Positions 57,623 to 64,000 of a DNA stretch of 64,000 nucleotides are shown in pieces (the first letter of the stretch is position 1; each line of letters starts with the position of its first letter). The position numbers were made by a program, and so were the translations under genes. A model generated the notes under the pieces. The model was not told where the DNA came from. It did no database searches and saw only the letters and a list, made by a program, of their open reading frames with translations. The stretch spans positions 65,799 to 129,798 of IMG/VR virus record IMGVR_UViG_3300005337_000003. One strand, given 5' to 3'. The DNA comes from a virus.

Positions 57623-57880
57623 ATGAAAGACTTAACAAAAGAATTGGGATTACTGCAGGCAGCAGCCACCGAGATCAAAAGGTTGAGAGAGGTTAATTAC
57701 ACAATGCAGCTCCGCCTGGATATGTTTGATACCATTGTTAACCTTGTGGGCGCCAAGACCTCCTCTAAAGGCACAGGCATGACTGTGGATATATGCTGGG
57801 AAATTGAAGACCTTATTAGGCAAATTCAAGGTAGTGAAGATAAAGTAAATTACAAATCTTTAGAACCTATGCAAAAATGA
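57623..57880 (+). CDS. Hypothetical protein
   Basis: EIKRLRE.N..M..RL.MFD. Confidence 0.6.
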   Translation: MKDLTKELGLLQAAATEIKRLREVNYTMQLRLDMFDTIVNLVGAKTSSKGTGMTVDICWEIEDLIRQIQGSEDKVNYKSLEPMQK

Positions 57881-58467
57881 GTAAACTAAAATACATATTC
57901 GACGAATGTCAGAAGATGGGATTGAGCCCTGAAGGACTGTATGACCTCTACGTTATAGCCGGTAAAAAATATTCCCATTTGCGCCCTTTTACGCCCCTAC
58001 ACCTGGAGGGGTTTGTACTAGTAGATGGTGATACGTGGTCATTATCACAAAAGGGAGAAGAACTTCTTAAACACCTGGACACTCTAATCAAAGGTAAGGC
58101 CCCTAAAATTTCGCCTCCTATTGTCGTGTCAGAGGGCTTAGCAACAGAGTATCGGGAAATGTGGCCAGAGATCAAGTTCCCCAGCGGTAAGTACGCTCGT
58201 ACTAATGTCAAAAGCATTATAATTGCCTTCCAACAGTTCTTTAAAGAATACCCAGCATATACGGATTGGGAGATAATACTAAAAGCTACTGAATTATACC
58301 TGGAAGAATATCGCCAGAATAATTGGAAATATGCCTCTACATCTCAATACTTCATTGCTAAGAAGAAAGAGGGTGGCTATCAATATATCCTGGCAGATTA
58401 CTATGAGCGTATCCTTGGAGGTGAGGCGGTGCAGGAAGTTATTCATTTTGGGCCCAAGGTATCATGA
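57877..58467 (+). CDS. Conserved crAss-like replication-region protein
   Basis: PSGKYAR...ILKATELY...SQYFIAK. Confidence 0.65.
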   Translation: MSKLKYIFDECQKMGLSPEGLYDLYVIAGKKYSHLRPFTPLHLEGFVLVDGDTWSLSQKGEELLKHLDTLIKGKAPKISPPIVVSEGLATEYREMWPEIKFPSGKYARTNVKSIIIAFQQFFKEYPAYTDWEIILKATELYLEEYRQNNWKYASTSQYFIAKKKEGGYQYILADYYERILGGEAVQEVIHFGPKVS

Positions 58468-58646
58468 GAAAGCTCACATTACAAGAAATACAAGAACTCA
58501 AAAAGTGCCAAGAGGAGCCGTGGTACTTTTACAATAAGTATGTGAAGCCTCCAGAAGCCTTAGATATTACACGAGAAGACTGGGAACTACATATGCAATA
58601 TCCTTTGACAAATAAAGAATGTTATAAGCCAGATGAAATCAAATAA
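58464..58646 (+). CDS. Small hypothetical protein
   Basis: Coupled ORF. Confidence 0.45.
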   Translation: MRKLTLQEIQELKKCQEEPWYFYNKYVKPPEALDITREDWELHMQYPLTNKECYKPDEIK

Positions 58647-58824
58647 GGTGTGGAAAGCATTCATAATTATATTGTTATTAGTGTGTGTATGGCCTTTAAT
58701 GATGTTTCAATTTATGCTGGAAGGCTTCACACATAAAAATCAAATAAAATCACAAGTTAAAGATACCGTATTCATCACCAGGCAGTGTGAAGATACCATT
58801 TGGGTATCAGGCCCTAAAGAGTAA
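58633..58824 (+). CDS. Small membrane protein
   Basis: One TM segment. Confidence 0.5.
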   Translation: MKSNKVWKAFIIILLLVCVWPLMMFQFMLEGFTHKNQIKSQVKDTVFITRQCEDTIWVSGPKE

Positions 58825-58837
58825 TTAAACCCGGCGA

Positions 58838-60295
58838 ATGTACAAACCCATCATAGGCACCTGTGGTAATCCCGAATGCGGGAGGAAGGACTGGATACCC
58901 ACCAAGCGTGGGCTCTGCCGCAGGTGCCTTCTAAATTACAAAAATGACAGAAAAAACCAAAAGGGAACTGATACAGGAGTGGTTGAAGGAGCCGAAGGGG
59001 ATATTTGCACCTCTCCAAAAGTACCCAAGTCCGGACGTAGCTACATGGGCACTTTTCCTGGCCTATCAAGCAGGCGCAAACCTACCGGAGAACTCAAATT
59101 ATTCCAGTGGATCTATCAGAACAGGGCACACAGGTCAGAAGTATCAGGAGAACCAATAACATTTGATGTACGTTGTTTTAGCCATATTTTAGGGAAACAG
59201 GCTTTTGGTCAATTTAGACTAAGCTCAGACAATATCGTATTAAAAACGCCTCAGGAACACGACGACTGGCATAACCGGCGACACAAACTAAAAGATGATC
59301 CCCGCTGGGATTTCGTCTTTGAGAAAGAAGAAAGATTAAAGCAAAAATACTACAACAAAGCAATGAGTGATTATTCGATACTAAATGTCAGTTTAATGAA
59401 TAAGGCCTATCCGGAAATGGATGGGTGGCAGGCGGGAATCCGCAAGGTGTTTAAAAACGTAATGGATATTACGCCCAGGGCTGGATTTGAGGCGAGTCTT
59501 CTGCAAGCAGTCGAGGCGTTTAAACCCGACATTATATTTATGCAGATCCAGCACCCAGGTATCATAAGCACTCATACAGCTGCCAAGATCGCACAAAATT
59601 CCTTTGTGATCAACTGGTCTGGGGATATCCGGGTAGTTACTGAGCCTTGGTATATTGATATAGGGCGCCACATACAACTGACATGTTTCTCCAATATGCG
59701 CGATGTGAACAACCTGCGAATGCTGGGTATTAACTCTGACTACCTGGAGATAGGGATAGATCCTGAGATTTATAAGCCATTATATGAGCCACGACATGGT
59801 ATTGTAGCGATGTTTAATCATTACCATAATCAATATCCACTCAGCGCCTACCGCCACCAGGTAGTACACGCGCTAAAGGAAGAATTCAAAGATCAATTTA
59901 AAGTGTATGGCAATAACTGGGGGTCAGTAGCCTCAGGCAATCTCAATCATTCGCAACGTTTGGAAAATGAGATATATAACCAGGCACTCATAGGCATAAA
60001 TATCTCGCATTTTTCAGAGCCTCGTTACTCTTCCGACCGTTTATTGAGGTGTGCTGCTTCTGGGACTATGGTACTTAGTCACCAGTTCCCCGAAATGTCG
60101 CCCTGGGAACCCGGATTGAACTGCGATGTATTTCATGATACGTCTAGTCTGTTGTCTAAATGCAGTTATTACTTGAATCATCGAGAGGAATCTTATCAGA
60201 TAGCGGAACGTGGAGCAGATTTAGCCCGGACTTATTTTACGTTCGAAGCTATGGCTAAAAATATTTTAGAATTATATACTAAAAATAAAAAATGA
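58838..60295 (+). CDS. HNH/NinG-like domain fused to a CgeB-like glycosyltransferase (possible internal start 59363)
   Basis: SEVSG...FSHIL...NIVL...EHDDWH, then INWSGD...RYSSDRLLRCAASG. Confidence 0.7.
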   Translation: MYKPIIGTCGNPECGRKDWIPTKRGLCRRCLLNYKNDRKNQKGTDTGVVEGAEGDICTSPKVPKSGRSYMGTFPGLSSRRKPTGELKLFQWIYQNRAHRSEVSGEPITFDVRCFSHILGKQAFGQFRLSSDNIVLKTPQEHDDWHNRRHKLKDDPRWDFVFEKEERLKQKYYNKAMSDYSILNVSLMNKAYPEMDGWQAGIRKVFKNVMDITPRAGFEASLLQAVEAFKPDIIFMQIQHPGIISTHTAAKIAQNSFVINWSGDIRVVTEPWYIDIGRHIQLTCFSNMRDVNNLRMLGINSDYLEIGIDPEIYKPLYEPRHGIVAMFNHYHNQYPLSAYRHQVVHALKEEFKDQFKVYGNNWGSVASGNLNHSQRLENEIYNQALIGINISHFSEPRYSSDRLLRCAASGTMVLSHQFPEMSPWEPGLNCDVFHDTSSLLSKCSYYLNHREESYQIAERGADLARTYFTFEAMAKNILELYTKNKK

Positions 60296-60522
60296 AACGA
60301 TTAGATCAAGAACGACAAAAGAAGCTAGAACCTGAGCGTATGGAAATAGCGTTATTCGAACTTGGCGCACTTGGATTAGATGCCCAAAATAAAGATGGCA
60401 AAATGATAGAGTTCTTATACAAAGGCCACAAGGTTCAATATTTTCCTTATTCAGGCTGGCATACAGGCAAGAGCATTAAAGACGGTCGGGGCTTACAAAA
60501 TTTATTAAAACAGTTGAAATAA
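60292..60522 (+). CDS. Small conserved phage protein
   Basis: FPYSGWHTGKSIKDGRGL. Confidence 0.7.
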   Translation: MKRLDQERQKKLEPERMEIALFELGALGLDAQNKDGKMIEFLYKGHKVQYFPYSGWHTGKSIKDGRGLQNLLKQLK

Positions 60523-60532
60523 CTCGCTTATT

Positions 60533-60757
60533 ATGGCATCGCAGAAGACCAGAGGTAGTAAATGGGCTGAAATAGCAGCCATCCGGGACACACTGAAACT
60601 GGCCCTGAGTAGTTATAGGAATGAGCAGCAACTAAGGCGATATATTCAGGCGGTAGTTAACAGCTTGGACAAGCGGGTTAAGGAACTTGACCCTGACAGA
60701 AAAAATGTTCATGCAAACCGGATGCCTGAATCAACTGCCGGCTCGATCAACGACTAA
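60533..60757 (+). CDS. Hypothetical protein
   Basis: 74 aa. Confidence 0.5.
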   Translation: MASQKTRGSKWAEIAAIRDTLKLALSSYRNEQQLRRYIQAVVNSLDKRVKELDPDRKNVHANRMPESTAGSIND

Positions 60758-60835
60758 TTAACGAAACCCCTCTCCTTTCCCCCACCCCCAAAAAAACAGC
60801 GCGTCCGCTCAAACCCACTAAAAAACCTTTACAAC

Positions 60836-61093
60836 ATGAAAAAACAAATCTTAAAGACGTTGAGAGCTGAGCTTGTAGGCATCATGCCGGATAATCATAT
60901 CAGGAAAATTTGCGACGATATTATGGCGATCGTTGAAGATACGGCAGAAGGCTTCAAAGAAAGTCTTCGCGCAGAAATTGAACATTCTGAAGAGTGTCAG
61001 GAACAAGGGCAAAGACCAAAGTACAACCAAGGCAAAATTGAAGCTTCGGAATATGCGATCGAGATGATCAGCAAGCATATAAACATGGATTAA
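60836..61093 (+). CDS. Small hypothetical protein (cassette-like)
   Basis: Bounded by motif copies. Confidence 0.6.
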   Translation: MKKQILKTLRAELVGIMPDNHIRKICDDIMAIVEDTAEGFKESLRAEIEHSEECQEQGQRPKYNQGKIEASEYAIEMISKHINMD

Positions 61094-61114
61094 GAAACCC
61101 CTAACCCCACCGTC

Positions 61115-61366
61115 ATGAAAAACGTAATCCATCTGCTTACTACAAAGGCCGAAAACTACGAGAGCAAGGCCCGTGCCACCAGGCGCTTATTAGTATCACC
61201 TTCGGCCTGGGAAGGTTATAAGCGGGAAGCGGAAAATTTAGAAACACTGGCAAAGGAATGCCGCCTGGCGGTCGAAATATTGAAAGCTGTAAACCCGTCG
61301 CGTGAAAAGCTCGATGTAAAAGAAACACTAACACTGATAAATTCTGCGCTGGCCCAGCTCGGGTAA
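61115..61366 (+). CDS. Small hypothetical protein (cassette-like)
   Basis: Bounded by motif copies. Confidence 0.6.
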   Translation: MKNVIHLLTTKAENYESKARATRRLLVSPSAWEGYKREAENLETLAKECRLAVEILKAVNPSREKLDVKETLTLINSALAQLG

Positions 61367-61402
61367 ACGATAACGAAACCACTAACCGCCCCCTTAACAA
61401 AC

Positions 61403-61609
61403 ATGAAAATAGAAATAACAGAAACAGAACTGCAGAACATTGGCCAAATGGCTAACTCTTTTGAGCGAATGTTATCAGGTCTAGATGAGGAAGTAGAGAA
61501 AAGATACAGCCGATATATAAGACTTGTTGACAGGTTGCTGGAAAAGAACGGCTATGAGAGAATAGGTAAAGGCGCAATTAAAAAGGTCAAAAAAGCAGCC
61601 CGGCCATAA
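61403..61609 (+). CDS. Small hypothetical protein (cassette-like)
   Basis: Bounded by motif copies. Confidence 0.6.
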   Translation: MKIEITETELQNIGQMANSFERMLSGLDEEVEKRYSRYIRLVDRLLEKNGYERIGKGAIKKVKKAARP

Positions 61610-61673
61610 GGCCGGTAGCCGCAAGCAATAACAAGAAACCCCCTCCGCATTAACCAACCAAAAAAATTAAACG

Positions 61674-61946
61674 ATGAGCAAATCTGCCGACCCCAGCCTG
61701 TGCAGTGTAACAGGTGAAGAAAGAAAAAACGTGTTCACTTACCACATCGACGCTGGTAACGGCGAAGTGATAGTAACGCGCGAGCATTTAAACTACGGTC
61801 TAGAATGCGAGCTGCCGAGCGACTACGATATGAATAGCGAGCATGATGGACCAGACGAGGATGGTGTTATCATGACCGTAACGATCAAGATCAAAAAGTA
61901 CATGACGCAAGCCGAAGTAGAGGCGCTTCCTGAAAAGGACTTTTAA
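61674..61946 (+). CDS. Small hypothetical protein (cassette-like)
   Basis: Bounded by motif copies. Confidence 0.6.
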   Translation: MSKSADPSLCSVTGEERKNVFTYHIDAGNGEVIVTREHLNYGLECELPSDYDMNSEHDGPDEDGVIMTVTIKIKKYMTQAEVEALPEKDF

Positions 61947-61969
61947 CGAAACCCCTAACCCCCAACAAA

Positions 61970-62230
61970 ATGGAAAAATTAAACTACGACGAGTTCAAGG
62001 AGCTATGTAAACTATTTTACATGGCTGGCCTTAATAATGGAAAAAAGGCTGTTCCTATCATGCAAATACCAATGGGCTCGAGAATAAAACGCGGGACAGG
62101 CTTCGAAGACTATTTTGAACAATTTGTAAAAAGAGTAGGTACAAATTTGCCGCCCGGCCATAAGGCCGGTAGCGTCAAAAGTGATGCCACACCCCATCCT
62201 GGGCAAAATAATGCCGAAGGCTTAACATAA
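61970..62230 (+). CDS. Small hypothetical protein
   Basis: Follows the last motif copy. Confidence 0.55.
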   Translation: MEKLNYDEFKELCKLFYMAGLNNGKKAVPIMQIPMGSRIKRGTGFEDYFEQFVKRVGTNLPPGHKAGSVKSDATPHPGQNNAEGLT

Positions 62231-62239
62231 GTATTAATT

Positions 62240-62494
62240 ATGGATAGAATGGAAAACAATGAACAACCTAAAATGCTAAGCCAAGGCCAGGAAGTAATTA
62301 CAAAATCAGGCAAGATAAGAGCTGTGATTACCGGCGCCTGTATTCGGGGTGGGAATATAAGTTATGAGTTATCCTACTTCGATACCAATGATTATAAACA
62401 GTGTTGGGTTTACAGCTTTGAATTTGATGTGGACGACGCTGAGAAGAGTAATCCTGGATTTAAGCCGGCAGATCAAATTTTACTAAATCCGTAA
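62240..62494 (+). CDS. Small SH3-like hypothetical protein
   Basis: GQEVI...AVITG...YELSYF. Confidence 0.6.
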   Translation: MDRMENNEQPKMLSQGQEVITKSGKIRAVITGACIRGGNISYELSYFDTNDYKQCWVYSFEFDVDDAEKSNPGFKPADQILLNP

Positions 62495-62676
62495 TTATAA
62501 AAAAAATAACTGAATGAAAACAAAGGAAGAAATAAAGTTAGACCAGGATACTTTACATCTTATCGATGAATTAGGAATTCTTCTATCTAATTACGGACAC
62601 GAATGGTCAGATGAGCTTCGCATAAAATATACATCTGTAACTACTCAATTAAGTAACAACATAAACCATAATAACA

Positions 62677-63726
62677 ATGATTGACTTCACAAGAGCAACG
62701 CTAACACAGCTGGTAGTAAACTACGTAGGCAACAAAGGAATAGGCGAGGAACTTAAACTATCTGACAAGCTGGTAGAATTTAAGGAGGATTTTACTAAGG
62801 AGACGATTCTGAGATATTTCCTTTCTCCATTCAAAACAGACATCTATTATGAATTCAGGAAAAAGCCAGATATATCGCTATTCAGCGTGGCTAATGCCTG
62901 CGAGGATCTGTTCACATCCAGGCAGGAATTCCGACAGCTATCCTCCCAAATTGCTAATCATCTTTATGATCAAAGTATGCACCCTAAGATCAAAGGTGGA
63001 GAGTTTTATGTAGCTTATTTTAATAACGTGATGGTAGATGGTGAGTTATGTGATGCGGTGGGATTATTCAAAACAGAGAATCGTGAAACATTCCTCAAGG
63101 TAGAGGACAACCTGGGGGCTCTGGACATTGATTGCGATAATGGCATAAGCATCAAGAAACTGGACAAAGGATGTCTGATATTCAATACAGACAGGGAAAG
63201 GGGCTACAAGATCAGCATCGTCGATACTAACAATAAAATTGCTGAGTGTGCCTTTTATTGGTCGGAGGACTTCTTAAATACTAAGATCAAAGCCAGTGCC
63301 TACTACCATACCAATAACTTCATAAACGCAGCTGTAGGTTTCTGCGAGGAAGTGCTGACAGAGGCCAATAACGTGGACAAGCAGGACCAGAGGATGATGC
63401 TGAACAAGAGCACGTCGTATTTCAAGGAGCGGGATAACTTTAACCTGAAAGACTTTGAAAAAGAAGTGCTCGTGCAGCCCGAGGTCATCAGTGCCTTTAA
63501 CGATTACCGCAGCGATTTCAACAAGCGCATGGACCTTACTGCTATCGACGAGTTCGAGGTGTCGCCCACGGCTGTTAAGAAGAACCAGAAATACATGCGC
63601 AGCGTGGTGAAGCTGGATAAGAACTTCCATATTTATATCCACAGTCGTCATGATTATATCGAACGTGGGTTTGGTGAAGAGAAAGGATTGAAGTATTACA
63701 AATTATATTATGTTAATGAAGAGTAA
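62677..63726 (+). CDS. ndpA: Nucleoid-associated protein, NdpA/YejK family
   Basis: VGNK...HPKIKGGEFYV...GLFKTE...LDKGCLIFN...LDKNFHIYIH, Bacteroidota-type. Confidence 0.8.
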   Translation: MIDFTRATLTQLVVNYVGNKGIGEELKLSDKLVEFKEDFTKETILRYFLSPFKTDIYYEFRKKPDISLFSVANACEDLFTSRQEFRQLSSQIANHLYDQSMHPKIKGGEFYVAYFNNVMVDGELCDAVGLFKTENRETFLKVEDNLGALDIDCDNGISIKKLDKGCLIFNTDRERGYKISIVDTNNKIAECAFYWSEDFLNTKIKASAYYHTNNFINAAVGFCEEVLTEANNVDKQDQRMMLNKSTSYFKERDNFNLKDFEKEVLVQPEVISAFNDYRSDFNKRMDLTAIDEFEVSPTAVKKNQKYMRSVVKLDKNFHIYIHSRHDYIERGFGEEKGLKYYKLYYVNEE

Positions 63727-63844
63727 TTATAAAACAATTAAAGAATGGTTTGAGCTCCTGCCATTAAACAATAAAAGAAAGGCCATTAAAAATATAAACG
63801 CATAGAATATGGAAGGCAAATGTCCAAAAGATGGGCGAAAAAAT

Positions 63845-64000
63845 ATGCTCATTTATATTACTACAAATAACAAGAGAGTGTTAGCCATTGCTGATGGGGA
63901 TGGTCATGCGTATAAAGTTTATGGCGACGGTTATGACGCATACAATAGTGTTTGCAAGCCGGAAAACAAATATAGCCCTGCCGAATATGAATTTGAAAGA
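63845..64000 (+). CDS. Hypothetical protein (partial)
   Basis: Open to the window end. Confidence 0.4.
   Translation, partial: MLIYITTNNKRVLAIADGDGHAYKVYGDGYDAYNSVCKPENKYSPAEYEFER

Larger units (their letters stand above)
60755..61965 (+). repeat. Five copies of the intergenic motif TAA(C)GAAACCCCTAACC
   Basis: At ~60759, 61091, 61371, 61629, 61944. Confidence 0.7.

Noticed and set aside
58944-59159. Dual-coding overlapping gene inside 58838..60295
   Set aside because: No independent support; cannot be told from a chance frame without homolog data
61091-61963. Telomere-like TTAGGG/G-quadruplex reading of the boundary motif
   Set aside because: Single isolated units with too few adjacent G-tracts in most copies
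1-64000. Genome-wide stop-codon reassignment (TAG=Gln or TGA=Trp)
   Set aside because: Long genes are open in code 11; TAG/TGA close conserved C-termini (WFDN*, DELPF*) and form ATGA overlaps; no suppressor tRNA seen

Overview
Part of a large Bacteroidota-infecting phage genome with crAss-like (Crassvirales-type) architecture, standard genetic code. Left part (1 to ~24.1 kb, mostly minus strand): portal (runs off the window), large terminase, PD-(D/E)XK nuclease, IHF-like genes, a CHAP lysis cassette, Gly-rich and tail-fibre genes, a five-gene glycosyltransferase/methyltransferase cluster and small ORFs. Right part (~24.5 to 64 kb, plus strand): many small early genes, then replication genes (DnaB-like helicase, PolB-type exonuclease, SSB-like, primase), two more glycosyltransferase-like ORFs, a small-ORF array with a shared boundary motif, and an NdpA/YejK-like gene. 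The most unusual content is non-coding: three clusters of structured RNA candidates (21.2-21.6, 25.4-25.95, 28.6-29.2 kb). These include a 58-nt tmRNA-TLD-like element with G3.U70/A73, a tRNA frame with a ~135-nt insert, a 23S-helix-11-like module, a UUGUG-loop hairpin array, an H-type pseudoknot and a ~430-nt ornate RNA. A candidate -1 programmed frameshift and one in-frame TAG were also found. All family assignments and folds are from manual pattern recognition; no searches or folding programs were run.
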